A stretch of DNA of 64,000 nucleotides from an uncultured delta proteobacterium (GCA_963728565.1 CAVSLC010000028.1:1-64000); one strand, 5' to 3'. Counted from the first letter of the stretch, positions 19,411 through 30,206 are shown. Notes: generated from the sequence alone by a model not told the origin. Translations and numbers: made by a program.

Positions 19411-20296
19411 TCAACTCGACGGAGCCGGTGAATCCACAGTGGTGGCCGACTGCACGCCGGTCTTATCCTGAACCAACTCCATATAAACGTTGCCGACAAA
19501 CATTCTGCTCCAAAACTTAACCGGGATGCGCCGCTCATCGGCAGAGACCCAAATAGCAGCTTCGTTCATGCGCCCCGCATATCCTTTTTTAGTCAGGTTG
19601 GTTAATTTCGGCACAAGTTTAAACGCTTGAATCACGGCGCCGGATTCCAACTCCACCGCCTCTTTCTTTTCCACGTTTAACTCGAGCAAGTACTGATAAC
19701 GACCGCCAAAAACGTTGAAATACAATTTTTCACCGACATTGAAATCGATGCTGCGCGCAAGGTAGACGGCCGTGATCGGATCCAGGGTATTGTTGGAGTC
19801 GAAATCGTAAACTCTGGGCTTCCTTCCTTCTTGCCAACGATTGACCGCCCATTTTTTGGCCTTCTGGTTGAACTTGGCCTCGGTATCGATCACGCGAGAA
19901 TTTTCCCGCTGGCTGAAAACGAACCGCGACGGCGCCAGCGATTTCGCGTCGAACACTGAAGTGATGGTGTCGCGCATTTTCCAAATCAGGTCCAAACCTT
20001 TGGAGGTTTTGGCATCAATGCGAACTCGGATAAGACTTTTTCCCTTCGAAGATGATGGGTGTCGTTTCGATTTCCGCAGTGGCGACCGGAACGCCGTTCC
20101 AACTCGCTCGGTACGATGCTTTCTCGCCGCTCTCGTATGGATAGAATTTCGGCTGGTACAGCGGCACGCTTGTGGGAGCCTTCGTCGGTTCCTGAGCGTG
20201 CGCCGCTGTTATGAAAAGCATTGCTAAAGCCAACGCCTTAATAGTAGAAGGGAGTTTAAGCAAGCGCCGCATCATTTTACGGTTTAGACGAATCAT
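19411..20296 (-). pseudogene. DUF3108-like exported protein, frameshifted near 20028
   Basis: Removing one C in TATCCGAGTT (- strand) fuses GKKSY to RVRIDAKTSKGLDLIWKMRD. C-terminal IW.S.DERRIPVK. Confidence 0.7.
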
Positions 20297-20452
20297 AGGT
20301 TAAATAGTTACACATTTCGCCATAAAGAAAAGCCGCGTTGCAATCTCACTAATGCCGTTCGGAGCGATTGATGATGACGCCGTTTTATTGCGGCCCGATC
20401 ATCTTGTGGCTAAAATCGCAGCAATCGCGCAACACGAAGGAGAATTGTCATT

Positions 20453-21760
20453 GTGTCATTACTTGCATTAAAGCTGGCAAGAACGTTGTTTTGGCTGGCA
20501 ATCTTTTCCACGGCTCAACTTACTTCGAGCTTTGCGCAAGCCGAGCCGCAATCCTCAACATCAACTGAGTTACCTTCCATCGAGGCGCTGAAATTTTGTC
20601 TTGCCGGAGCCGACAGCGCTGCTTGCCTGGACAAGATTTTCCGCGAAGTCCTAAAAACCGAGTCGACGAAAGCTGCTTTACAGCTCATCCAGCGCTTTGA
20701 ACTCCAGGACCCTGAGCTGCGCCGCGATTGCCACCCCATCGTCCACGCCGTTGGTCGCGAAACCTTCCGAATCAAGGGTAACATCCACGACTCCTTCTCG
20801 GCGTGCGATCAAACCTGCCACTCCGGCTGCTACCACGGTTCCGTGGAGCGTTTTTTACGCGGCGAAGACATTTATTCTCAAGTCGAGCGCCATCCAAGCC
20901 AGGCGGAGCTTAAAGAGAAAGCCGCGGCCGCCTGCGACTCCGACGTGCCGGTAAGATTGCGTTTTCAATGTCTACACGGTCTCGGCCATGCGCTGATGTT
21001 CTTTTCACGCTATAAGCTCGCTCCGTCGCTCGAAGCATGTGACGCGTTAATCGAAGAATGGAGCCGCCAGTCGTGCTATGGCGGTGTGTTCATGGAAAAT
21101 GTTTCTAGTTCCACACCGGAACTGCGCGATCTCAGCCCCACCGACTACCATTATCCCTGCAATAAGGTCGATGCTCGGTACCGAGGCGAATGCTATGTGA
21201 TGCAGACCTCCAGGATGACTGAAATGGGGCTGTCGGCGTCCAGAATTTTTGAGGAGTGTCAAAAAAGCGGTGAATACGATTTGCCGTGCACACTTTCCAT
21301 CGGCCGCGATCTTTCCAACGATGTTCGAATCGGCCAGTCGCGGCCCACCGCGCAGAAATGCGAATCGGTGGCAGGCGCGCGCCGGCTGGCGTGCATGCGC
21401 GGCGTGATCTATGCTTTAATCGACAACACCTGGGATGGCCGTTATGTGCTGCCCTTCTGCGTTGCCTTCGCGGAGGAAAGCGACCAACAGAGTTGTATAA
21501 GAGAAAGCATCGGCTATCTGAAAACGACCTTTCAAAAATCAATCGAGGAGATCACCAACGACTGCGCACAGTATCTGCGGCCAACCGAAGCGCTGCCTGG
21601 ATTTGGCATCGCGTTAGACGAAGATTTCACTAGCTGCAACCGTAAACATTATGGCTCGGTTCGAGCAATTCCGTGCATCCCTCGAGTGATCACGATATTC
21701 AAGATCAGGAGGGTGTATCTGAAAACGATCAACGCACGGTTGTGGTTCTCCAGCCGATGA
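20453..21760 (+). CDS. Exported Cys/His-repeat hypothetical protein (true stop may be 21617)
   Basis: Signal peptide; repeated CH.IVHAVG, C.SGCYHG, CLHGLGHAL, CYGGVFMEN. Confidence 0.7.
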   Translation: MSLLALKLARTLFWLAIFSTAQLTSSFAQAEPQSSTSTELPSIEALKFCLAGADSAACLDKIFREVLKTESTKAALQLIQRFELQDPELRRDCHPIVHAVGRETFRIKGNIHDSFSACDQTCHSGCYHGSVERFLRGEDIYSQVERHPSQAELKEKAAAACDSDVPVRLRFQCLHGLGHALMFFSRYKLAPSLEACDALIEEWSRQSCYGGVFMENVSSSTPELRDLSPTDYHYPCNKVDARYRGECYVMQTSRMTEMGLSASRIFEECQKSGEYDLPCTLSIGRDLSNDVRIGQSRPTAQKCESVAGARRLACMRGVIYALIDNTWDGRYVLPFCVAFAEESDQQSCIRESIGYLKTTFQKSIEEITNDCAQYLRPTEALPGFGIALDEDFTSCNRKHYGSVRAIPCIPRVITIFKIRRVYLKTINARLWFSSR

Positions 21761-22143
21761 CTTCACCGCTTTTGTTAATTGTTGACGATGAATTTGGGGT
21801 GCGTGAATCCCTCAAGATGGTTTTTTACAAAGATTTTCGTCTGATGGAAGCGGATTCCGTAGGGGCGGCAATACCGATAGTGCTGGATTCCAAACCGAAT
21901 GTGGTCCTGCTCGACGTGCTGATGCCGAAAACCGATGGCATTGAAGCTCTGCGCCGCATCAAGGAAATCGAGCCTGCCTGTGAAGTCATCATGCTCACCG
22001 GGGTGAATTCGCAGCAACTTTCCAACGAAGCTTTGAACTCCGGAGCCTTCGATTTCGTCGCTAAACCATTCGACGTCGCCGATCTGCGCCAAAAAGTCGC
22101 GCGAGCCCTGCAGAAGATCCATCAGCAAGCAAGTAAAAGCTAA
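21757..22143 (+). CDS. Single-domain response regulator (receiver)
   Basis: LLIVDDE, LLDVLMP..DG, MLT, AKPF. Confidence 0.9.
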   Translation: MTSPLLLIVDDEFGVRESLKMVFYKDFRLMEADSVGAAIPIVLDSKPNVVLLDVLMPKTDGIEALRRIKEIEPACEVIMLTGVNSQQLSNEALNSGAFDFVAKPFDVADLRQKVARALQKIHQQASKS

Positions 22144-22257
22144 CTGAATGGACGGAAAAGCGGGTTCGATTCACTCCATTCGGGCACGCCTCACAATCGG
22201 CTATCCTTCCAGTCCGGCACGGATTGGACTGAGGAGAGGGATATGAGATGGCGCGGG

Positions 22258-22935
22258 TTATTTCGGCTGACTGCCTTTTGAAGGACCGGTAAAGCCGGAT
22301 CCGTTCGAAGGCGCCGACGGCTCCACTAATTGGAACGAGTTGAAGACTGCTCTCAGCAGGGCGTTTTCCTTTTCAGCGTCCGGATTGAAAAAGGCGGTCA
22401 TCACAAAGCTGATCGAATAGGGTTTCGAAAATGGGTACGAATGTATACCCGCGACAATAATCGGTTCCCCTGCTTTCATCTTGTTAAGGCTCGAGACATA
22501 GAATTTGATGGCGGCATCGTCTGAAAGATCGGTCTTCTCGCCGAATTTTGTCTCCACAGCGCCGAGATTGCGGGCAACAATCCGGTAGATTTCCTGGGTA
22601 GTCTCGTCGATCAGCTTATCGACCCGGGCGCCGCGCTTTGGATCGGACTGAAACTCCGTCTTGGTGGGATTTTGACCGCGCTTCTCGACGATCACCATGA
22701 AGGAGTCGCCGCCAGGCGTTTGCAGCGAGACTCGAATGTCGTCATTAGCCGCTCCTTCCGGCAACTTTTTTAGCTTCCAGTGGGCTGGGTACTGGAAACT
22801 ATAGGCATACTCGGGATCGCGGTACTCTGCGACCGCCGGTTGTTCCTGAGCGCCAAGGAAGCTCGCGAACTGCGCCGTCAGAAACACGCCGAAAAGCAAG
22901 ACCGCGGATCGGTTGATCAAAATTTCTGCTCCCAT
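22258..22935 (-). CDS. Exported hypothetical protein (PsbP-like start)
   Basis: Signal peptide followed by Y.D..Y.YSF.YP..W. Confidence 0.55.
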   Translation of the reverse strand: MGAEILINRSAVLLFGVFLTAQFASFLGAQEQPAVAEYRDPEYAYSFQYPAHWKLKKLPEGAANDDIRVSLQTPGGDSFMVIVEKRGQNPTKTEFQSDPKRGARVDKLIDETTQEIYRIVARNLGAVETKFGEKTDLSDDAAIKFYVSSLNKMKAGEPIIVAGIHSYPFSKPYSISFVMTAFFNPDAEKENALLRAVFNSFQLVEPSAPSNGSGFTGPSKGSQPK

Positions 22936-23102
22936 CGATTGTTTTACCAGCCTGAGACTAGCACACGAGACCGATGATGAAAGCCCAAGCAGGAAAGAGC
23001 CTAATCGCTGTGGCGCAATTGATCGCTGGCGAGCAAAAACATTGTCCATCGTCGCTTGCCGATATTACTTAAAATAGGTAATTTACGTCGATTGGAGTTT
23101 GC

Positions 23103-25103
23103 TTGACCACACAATACATTCTCAAAAATTCTACTGAACCGATCCGCAACAGCTCAGGACTCGACTACCGGAAAGAGTTAAACGAGGCGCAATATCAGGC
23201 GGCAAGCACGGTCGAGGGTCCGCTGCTGATCATTGCCGGCGCCGGCACGGGAAAGACTCGCACCCTGGTCTATCGCGTCGCTCACTTGATCGACAGCGGA
23301 GTCGATCCCCGTTCGATTTTACTGCTGACCTTTACCCGCCGCGCCGCGGAAGAAATGATTCGCCGAGCGGGGCTGCTGATCGACAGCCGTTGCCATCAGG
23401 TGGCCGGCGGAACCTTTCATTCGTTTGCCAATCTCGTTCTGCGTGAATATGGCCGGCGCATCGATTTATCGCCTTCTTTCACCATCATGGATCGAACCGA
23501 CAGCGAAGCCGTGATCCAAGAGATCCGAGCGGAAATGGGTTTAAACGTCAAAGACCGACGTTTTCCACGCAAACAGACCTGCGCCGAGATCTTCAGCATG
23601 GCGCTCAACAAACAGACGCCGTTGGGCGAGCTCATCGAACTGGAATATCCTCATCTTATCGAATCCAACGAAGAACTGATCGATTTGAATCGACGTTACA
23701 TCGACTACAAGCAAACCAAGTCGCTGGTCGACTATGACGATCTCTTGACTAAACTAAAGGACTTGTTGGCCAGCCATGAACAGGTGCGCAACCGCCTGTC
23801 GGACCGGTTCCGCTTCATCATGGTCGATGAATATCAAGACACCAATCATCTGCAATCAAAGATTGTCCGGCTGCTGGCGGCGACCCACAACAACGTTGCC
23901 GTGGTGGGCGACGACGCTCAGAGCATCTATTCGTTTCGCGGCGCCGACTTTCGCAATATCATGGATTTCCCGAAGCACTTCCCCGGCGCGCAGATCATCA
24001 AGCTCGAGGAAAACTACCGCAGCACCCAGCCGATCTTGAATCTTACCAACGAAATCATCCAACGCGCCGCCGAAGGCTACGAAAAGCGTTTGTTCACTCG
24101 CAAAAGCGCCGGTCCACGGCCGCGTCTGGTGCAGGCCGGCAGCGAACAGACACAATCACAGTTTGTGTGCGAGAAGATATTGGAGCTGCGCGAACAAGGT
24201 GTGCCGCTATGGGACGTGGCGGTGCTATTTCGCTCGAGCTTCCATTCCTTCGATCTCGAAATCGAACTCGCGCGGCAAAACATTCCCTTCGTCAAGCGCG
24301 GCGGTTTTCAGTTTATGGAAGCGTCCCACGTCAAGGATCTGCTGGCGCATTTGCGGATTTTGGCTAATCCGCAGGATGCGATTTCCTGGAGCCGCGTGCT
24401 GCTGCTGCTCGAAGGCATCGGACCGGGGGCAAATCAAAAAATTATCAAATGGCTGCTGGGCGGCGGTAATCCCATTGAGCGGTTGCGCACCTATCCGGCC
24501 AGCGCCAAGATCGCTCAGGGTTTGAAAACATTGGCGCAAGTCCTTGAAGTTACCTCCGAGGCCGAGCTGCCCGTGGAGCAGGCGCAATATCTGATGCAAT
24601 ATTACACGCCGATCCTCAAGCAGAACTATCCCGACGACCATCCAAGACGCTTACGCGACCTGGAACACTTCCAGGGCATGACCGAACGTTATCGCAATCT
24701 CGAACGTCTGCTCAGCGACATGGCGCTGGAGCCTCCGAATGACAGCATCGCCGGGGTGCTCGCGGTTAATCCCGATGAAGGTCCGCTCATCCTCTCGACC
24801 ATTCATTCCGCCAAAGGGCTCGAGTGGAACTCGGTTTTTATCATTTGGGCCTTGGAAGGAAGATTCCCGTCCATCTACAACACCAATACGACCGAAGAAC
24901 TGGAGGAAGAAAGACGTTTGCTGTACGTCGCGGCAACCCGCGCTAAGCAGAATCTTTTTATTTCCTACCCGACCAGAGTTTTTGACAAGAGCTTGCGCAT
25001 GGTGTTATCTCGCCCCTCGCAGTTCGTGGACGGCATCTCGCATCGGCTGCTCGAACCGGTCTCGCTGGTGCCCGAGGGAAGTCTCTGGAGTTGGGAGAGT
25101 TAA
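23103..25103 (+). CDS. UvrD/PcrA-like ATP-dependent DNA helicase
   Basis: AGAGTGKT, VDEYQDTN, VGDDAQSIYSFRGA, LEENYRST, TIHSAKGLEW, EERRLLYVA.TRA. Confidence 0.95.
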   Translation: MTTQYILKNSTEPIRNSSGLDYRKELNEAQYQAASTVEGPLLIIAGAGTGKTRTLVYRVAHLIDSGVDPRSILLLTFTRRAAEEMIRRAGLLIDSRCHQVAGGTFHSFANLVLREYGRRIDLSPSFTIMDRTDSEAVIQEIRAEMGLNVKDRRFPRKQTCAEIFSMALNKQTPLGELIELEYPHLIESNEELIDLNRRYIDYKQTKSLVDYDDLLTKLKDLLASHEQVRNRLSDRFRFIMVDEYQDTNHLQSKIVRLLAATHNNVAVVGDDAQSIYSFRGADFRNIMDFPKHFPGAQIIKLEENYRSTQPILNLTNEIIQRAAEGYEKRLFTRKSAGPRPRLVQAGSEQTQSQFVCEKILELREQGVPLWDVAVLFRSSFHSFDLEIELARQNIPFVKRGGFQFMEASHVKDLLAHLRILANPQDAISWSRVLLLLEGIGPGANQKIIKWLLGGGNPIERLRTYPASAKIAQGLKTLAQVLEVTSEAELPVEQAQYLMQYYTPILKQNYPDDHPRRLRDLEHFQGMTERYRNLERLLSDMALEPPNDSIAGVLAVNPDEGPLILSTIHSAKGLEWNSVFIIWALEGRFPSIYNTNTTEELEEERRLLYVAATRAKQNLFISYPTRVFDKSLRMVLSRPSQFVDGISHRLLEPVSLVPEGSLWSWES

Positions 25104-25107
25104 ATTC

Positions 25108-26625
25108 ATGGTGCAATTGTTGCTCGGCTTTGTGGTATTCGTTAGCGGTGCGGTTTTGATGTCGCTGGAGATCGCCGGCAGCCGCATCCTCGCTCCTCAT
25201 TTCGGCAGTTCGATCTTTGTCTGGGGCAGCCTGATCTCGGTGGTAATGGCCTCCCTGAGCGTCGGTTATTACTGGGGCGGCTGGCTTTCAGCCCGGGATC
25301 CCTCTTACGGCCGGCTGCTGATCCTCCTTCTTATTCCGGGAATCGTGATCTTCTTTCTTCCATTCGTTTATCCCTCGGCGAACGAATGGGTGGCGCGCAA
25401 CGATTTCGGCATGCGCCTGAATCCGCTGATCGCTTGTACCATCCTTTTTTTATTGCCCGGGGTGTTTCTCGGAACCATTTCGCCCTATGCGATTCGGCTC
25501 GCTGCAACGACACTTTCCAGCGTCGGCAGCACCGCCGGCACTCTCTACGCGGTATCGACCTGCGGCAGTATTTTCGGCACCCTGTTGACCGCCTTTTATC
25601 TGATCCCTGCGGCTGGTGTCCGCAATATTATTCACGGACTCGGGATTACTCTGGTTTGTCTATCGCTATTTGTAGTACCTTTGGTCCGCCTGCGGGGCAT
25701 TACCCTTGCCCGGGCGGTTACCGCGGTCACTGTCATACTCGGATCCTTCATGATGCCTTGGACACCCGGCGCTCTGGCACGGATAAAAACACTTGTCGAA
25801 AAGGAAACTTTCTATCACCGCATTCGCGTCGAGGAAGACGATGAAGCGCGTTACATGTACTTCGACCGAACCCTGCAAAGCGCCATGAATCTAAAGGATC
25901 CCACCGCGCTCAGACTGATCTACTCGCGCTATACGTCCTTGGGGCTTGCATTCCGGCCCGACGCCAAGAAAATGGCCCTGATCGGGCTCGGCGGCGGCTC
26001 GATACCGAAGAAGCTGCTCAAGGAATTTCCCTCTTTGGAAATCGATGCGGTGGAGCTCGACCCCGAAGTGATCCAAATCGCCAAAACCCACTTCAACGTG
26101 CGCGAGAGCAACAACTTGAGATTGCACGCTCAGGATGGACGCATGTTTCTGTCGCGAACGCAGCATCAATACGACATCATCATGCTCGACGCATATTTTA
26201 CCGATGCCATGCCCTTCCATCTGGCGACTAAGGAATTCTTCGAATTGGCGCAGAAGAAACTCACTCCTAACGGCATCATCGTCGCAAACCTGATCAGCGC
26301 CGTCACCGGTCCCTCGGGCAAAATCGCGCGTTCATTCGTGAAAACTCAGCGGCAAGTCTTCCCCCAGACCTACGTCTTCGCCGCACGGCGCCCGGACAAC
26401 GTCAGCGTCGACACCATTCAGAACGTAATTGTGATCGCGACCCGCGACAAGCAGCGACTCGATATCAAAGAGATCGTCAAGCGGGCAACGTCCATCGACA
26501 AGGGTCTTTTTCCCAATCCGATTCAGGACATCGCCGTTGCCTATTTCGATCGGCCGCTGCCTGATCACGATGTCCCCGTGCTGACCGATGATTACGCGCC
26601 GACCGATAACTTACTGCATCCTTAG
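25108..26625 (+). CDS. Fused membrane domain / spermidine synthase-like methyltransferase
   Basis: N-terminal TMs (LEI.GSR.LAP.FG); IGLGGG, VELDP, DGR.FL, D.IMLDA, LTDDYAP. Confidence 0.85.
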   Translation: MVQLLLGFVVFVSGAVLMSLEIAGSRILAPHFGSSIFVWGSLISVVMASLSVGYYWGGWLSARDPSYGRLLILLLIPGIVIFFLPFVYPSANEWVARNDFGMRLNPLIACTILFLLPGVFLGTISPYAIRLAATTLSSVGSTAGTLYAVSTCGSIFGTLLTAFYLIPAAGVRNIIHGLGITLVCLSLFVVPLVRLRGITLARAVTAVTVILGSFMMPWTPGALARIKTLVEKETFYHRIRVEEDDEARYMYFDRTLQSAMNLKDPTALRLIYSRYTSLGLAFRPDAKKMALIGLGGGSIPKKLLKEFPSLEIDAVELDPEVIQIAKTHFNVRESNNLRLHAQDGRMFLSRTQHQYDIIMLDAYFTDAMPFHLATKEFFELAQKKLTPNGIIVANLISAVTGPSGKIARSFVKTQRQVFPQTYVFAARRPDNVSVDTIQNVIVIATRDKQRLDIKEIVKRATSIDKGLFPNPIQDIAVAYFDRPLPDHDVPVLTDDYAPTDNLLHP

Positions 26626-27238
26626 CGCGCTGCTGCTTGCCTCGTGTTCTGCAATTACTTCTCCGGCGCCGGAACGGGTCGTCCGGGTCAAGGTGTTGGG
26701 CGATGTAAGCCTCAGGGCAAGAAATACCCGCTGGACGGAGGAAGTCCGAGGTCTCATTGAAGCCGCGTCAGACTACTACGAAAAAGAGTTCAACGTTCGT
26801 TTGCTCACCCAAAGCGTTTCAGCGTGGCCGCTCGAGGAGCGCATTCGCGGCACCCCCGAATTGTTGGCCAGGCTCGAACAAGATTTTCCACAGACAAAAA
26901 ACCACGATCATGATCTGGTAATCGCTTTTACTGCCGAAAGAATGAGCCGGTATACCAGAGCCGGCCGGCCACGGGTTGATCGAATCGGCGACTGCCAGCA
27001 AGGGCTGGGCGGGTATGCGGTTGTGCCGGTCGGTAGAGTCGTTCACTACACCGGATGGCGCGGCAATCCGGAACCTGAAGTGATCGCTCTGATCCACGAG
27101 ATCGGCCATATCTTCGGCGCCCAACACGTCTCTGACAGCGCTTCAATCATGCACGAAGAATTCGACTACCGCAGCGAATTTGACGCCGCCAACCGCGCCG
27201 TGATTGAAAGAAACAAGCTCTGCCGGTTTGGCAAATAA
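26588..27238 (+). CDS. Metzincin (matrixin/reprolysin-like) metalloprotease lipoprotein
   Basis: Lipobox LLASC; HEIGHIFGAQH and Met-turn SIM. Confidence 0.75.
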   Translation: MITRRPITYCILSALLLASCSAITSPAPERVVRVKVLGDVSLRARNTRWTEEVRGLIEAASDYYEKEFNVRLLTQSVSAWPLEERIRGTPELLARLEQDFPQTKNHDHDLVIAFTAERMSRYTRAGRPRVDRIGDCQQGLGGYAVVPVGRVVHYTGWRGNPEPEVIALIHEIGHIFGAQHVSDSASIMHEEFDYRSEFDAANRAVIERNKLCRFGK

Positions 27239-27248
27239 GAAACGGCAG

Positions 27249-27400
27249 GTTCCAATCGTTCCAGTGGTTCCAACAGTTCCACTGGTTCAAGAGGTTCCAG
27301 TTGTCTGGAGTAAAATCTGTAGCTTCTCAACGTTTCGAAATGTCGCAGCTTGGGAGTCTTGTCCTCCGTATAACGATTGGAACGTTGGAACGTTGGAATT
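27249..27400. repeat. Periodic GTTCCA repeat (six units, period 9) with inverted TTGGAAC units (three, period 8)
   Basis: GTTC(C/A)A at 27249, 27258, 27267, 27276, 27285, 27294; TTGGAA at 27377, 27385, 27393. Confidence 0.75.
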
Positions 27401-27412
27401 AGTTAACTGTAT

Positions 27413-28174
27413 ATGTCCTTGGAGAACATCCGAATAGTGATGGTTCGGCCGCGCGGCTCGGGCAATATCGGCTCAGTGGCGCGCGCTATGAAGAATACAG
27501 GGTTGCGTGAATTGGCCGTCGCCGGCAAATCGCGCACCCACAGTTTTTGGGCCCGGGCAATGGCGGTGCATGGCCGGGATATTTTAAGCAATGCGCTCTC
27601 TTATCAAACGCTCCGAGAAGCTGTTGCCGAATGCACGCTCGTGGTGGGAACGACTTGCCGGCAGGGTCTGTATCGCGCTCACAGCCGGAGCCCGCGGGAG
27701 GTTGCCGTCGAGATCGTTGCCGCCGCAGCAACCGGCAAAGTGGCTTTGATCTTTGGTCCCGAGGACCACGGCCTCAGCAACGAAGATTTGAAGCACTGTC
27801 AATTGCTCATCAACATTCCCGCCGATCCGCAATACCAGTCCCTGAACGTGGCGCAAGCCGCCATGATCTGTCTTTATGAGATCTATCTGGCATCGCTCGG
27901 CGAACCGATGAAAGAAAGTTTGCCGCTGGCGCGCGCCGAAGATGTCGAGCGTCTTTATGACCGCATGCGCTCATCGCTATTGAAAATCGGCTTTCTTGAC
28001 TCGCAGAATCCTGAGCACATGCTGTTTGCGTTCAGACGCATTCTGGGACGCACCCGGCTGGAAGACAGAGACGTGCGAATCCTCACCGGCCTGTTTCGGC
28101 AGATCGAATGGTATGCGGAGCGGGGATGGAAAGTGATACAAGAGAAAGAAAAGCAAGGGATCAAAATTCGTTAG
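27413..28174 (+). CDS. trmJ: TrmJ/LasT-family SPOUT tRNA methyltransferase
   Basis: GNIGSVARAMKN.G, FGPEDHGLSNE, SLNVAQA. Confidence 0.85.
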   Translation: MSLENIRIVMVRPRGSGNIGSVARAMKNTGLRELAVAGKSRTHSFWARAMAVHGRDILSNALSYQTLREAVAECTLVVGTTCRQGLYRAHSRSPREVAVEIVAAAATGKVALIFGPEDHGLSNEDLKHCQLLINIPADPQYQSLNVAQAAMICLYEIYLASLGEPMKESLPLARAEDVERLYDRMRSSLLKIGFLDSQNPEHMLFAFRRILGRTRLEDRDVRILTGLFRQIEWYAERGWKVIQEKEKQGIKIR

Positions 28175-28183
28175 GAGGCTTAA

Positions 28184-28825
28184 GTGAACGTCAACCATTT
28201 CGAACCGGAGAAAACCGGGCTGCTATTCTTCGACATCTTGAATGGCTATCTTCCTGCGCCCGAACCGGGCAAGCAGCGGGTTCTAAAACCATGGATTCAG
28301 AATGCCGTGAGACTTAGCAAAGCCGGCCGGGCCGCCGGTCTGCCGGTATTTTTTGCCAAGGGCAATCACAGGCCGGACAATGCCACCACCGCGCTACTTC
28401 TCACCGACACCAACAATTCGTTAACCCCATGGCCCAACGGCGAGGTGAGCAAACCCAAAATGCAGGTCATCGCCGGCGATAAAAGCTCCGATCCCCTTGC
28501 CGAACTCGACCCGAGCCCGGACGATTACTACATCGTGAAATATCGCTGGAGCTCATTTTATCAAACCTATCTCGATCTAGCTCTACGCGCGCGCGGCATA
28601 AATACGCTGATTATCTCCGGCGGCTCCACCGATGTCGGCGTCGCTTCGACTTTGTACGCGGGAAGGGACATGGACTATAACATGATCGTCGCCAGTGATG
28701 CTTGCGGCACATCTCATGACCAGCGCGTCCACGACATGCTCATGGAGCTGATTTTTCCGCGCATGGCGCGTGTGCGCACCACCGAACAGATTATTCAGAT
28801 GATTGAAAAGGCGCGAAGCAAATAG
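28184..28825 (+). CDS. Isochorismatase/cysteine hydrolase family protein
   Basis: LLFFD..N, K.RWSSF..T.LD..LR, G.STD.GV.ST, DAC. Confidence 0.85.
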   Translation: MNVNHFEPEKTGLLFFDILNGYLPAPEPGKQRVLKPWIQNAVRLSKAGRAAGLPVFFAKGNHRPDNATTALLLTDTNNSLTPWPNGEVSKPKMQVIAGDKSSDPLAELDPSPDDYYIVKYRWSSFYQTYLDLALRARGINTLIISGGSTDVGVASTLYAGRDMDYNMIVASDACGTSHDQRVHDMLMELIFPRMARVRTTEQIIQMIEKARSK

Positions 28826-28838
28826 CATCAGACCGATA

Positions 28839-28948
28839 AGCAGCTTGTAGGTTCACTTTGCGAGGCGCGACATTCGACAAGCCGAGACGTGCAGCAGTAC
28901 GTTGAAGCGATCAACGAAGCAAGGTAAGCCCTTTTTTAAACGGCCTGA
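28839..28948 (+). repeat. Degenerate MITE copy
   Basis: GCGAGGCGCG..GTACGTTG..CAACGAAGC..TTTTTTAAACGGCCTG aligns with the family core. Confidence 0.55.
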
Positions 28949-28964
28949 CAAAGGAGACAAAGCA

Positions 28965-30101
28965 ATGACCAGCAATGGAAAACCGCCGGTGGGCATCAGC
29001 AAGAACATCAAACAAATCGGTCGAATGGACCTTCCGGGTGGAGGTTCGATAGTTGTTGAAAATGGCTACGCCTATGTCGGTCACATGGACCCGCCGCATG
29101 GCACGTCGATCATTGACGTGCGCGACCCGAAGAATCCCAAGGTCGTGGCGCACCTGGAAATTCCTGAGGGACTCCACTCTCACAAGGTGCGCGTGAGCGG
29201 CGACGTTATGCTGATCAACTATGAACGCTATAAAGCTAAGCGGGAGCTTGACTCCGGCTTGAAAATTTTCGATATCTCGAACAGATCCAAGCCGCGTGAA
29301 ATTGCGTTCTTCAAAACGCACGGCAAAGGCGTGCACCGTTTTACGTTCGATGGCCGCTACGCCTACATTTCGCCGACCCTGGAAGGTTACCAAGGCAACA
29401 TCGCCATGGTTCTGGATCTGAAGAATCCGGAAAAGCCCGAAGAAGTCTGCCGCTGGTGGATGCCCGGTCAGTGGACTGCCGGCGGTGAAACGCCGACCTG
29501 GCGCGGCACCGACACGCGCTGTCATCACCCGATCCGCAGGGACAATCGGCTTTATATCAGTTACTGGCACGGCGGCTTTGCGATCGTCGATATCTCGGAC
29601 ATGAGCAAACCGAAGACCATCAGCAGCCTGGATTGGAGCCCGCCTTATCCCTGCCCGACCCACACGACCTTGCCTATGCTCAACAAAATCATGGAGCGGG
29701 ACTGGTTGATTGTCACCGACGAGGAGGTCGGCGAGAAACTCAACGAAACCCATAACGCATTTCTCTGGGTGGTCGATATTACCAAAGAAGAACTGCCGCT
29801 GCCGGTGGCGACATTTATCGTGCCTTTCGAAGGTAAATCGACACATCTGAACCGATTCGGCGCGCACCAGCCGGCCGAGCAGGTTTATGGCAATACATTA
29901 TACGTAACCTGGTTCGCAGGTGGTCTGCGGGCGGTGGATTTTTCCAATCCCTACATTCCGAAGGAAGTCGGCTATTACGTGCCGATGCCCGGCAAGGGTC
30001 AGTCGGCGGTGATGAGCAATGATGTTTTTCACGATAAAGACGGCAAGCTCTATCTCATGGACCGGTACGAAGGCCTGGAGATACTCGAGCCGGAAATATA
30101 G
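28965..30101 (+). CDS. LVIVD-repeat beta-propeller protein
   Basis: Repeated I.DV.DP.NP / IFDISN..KP units; His-rich motifs (HSHK, GVH, CHH, THT, GAHQ). SD AAGGAG. Confidence 0.8.
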   Translation: MTSNGKPPVGISKNIKQIGRMDLPGGGSIVVENGYAYVGHMDPPHGTSIIDVRDPKNPKVVAHLEIPEGLHSHKVRVSGDVMLINYERYKAKRELDSGLKIFDISNRSKPREIAFFKTHGKGVHRFTFDGRYAYISPTLEGYQGNIAMVLDLKNPEKPEEVCRWWMPGQWTAGGETPTWRGTDTRCHHPIRRDNRLYISYWHGGFAIVDISDMSKPKTISSLDWSPPYPCPTHTTLPMLNKIMERDWLIVTDEEVGEKLNETHNAFLWVVDITKEELPLPVATFIVPFEGKSTHLNRFGAHQPAEQVYGNTLYVTWFAGGLRAVDFSNPYIPKEVGYYVPMPGKGQSAVMSNDVFHDKDGKLYLMDRYEGLEILEPEI

Positions 30102-30206
30102 CTCGCTCAAGCGAGTTCAAAACGCTCAAACTGCTCAAGCCTTTTGAAGCCGAGTGATCGGCTCCGAAGGAGCTCGCGCCATTACTCAATTTGAGGAGTG
30201 CCAAAA

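Noticed and set aside
22145-22256. GGGTTCGATTC and stacked hairpins, a possible tRNA
   Set aside because: No cloverleaf; most simply terminator hairpins between convergent genes.
24739-25107. N-terminal extension of the 628-aa ORF overlapping the helicase
   Set aside because: Shadow frame; the membrane domain starts at ATG 25108, right after the helicase stop.
27249-27400. Possible CRISPR array
   Set aside because: Units are 8-9 nt with 2-3-nt linkers, and there are no cas genes.
28184-28825. Isochorismatase with Gly at the catalytic Cys position
   Set aside because: Common in YecD-like members of the family.
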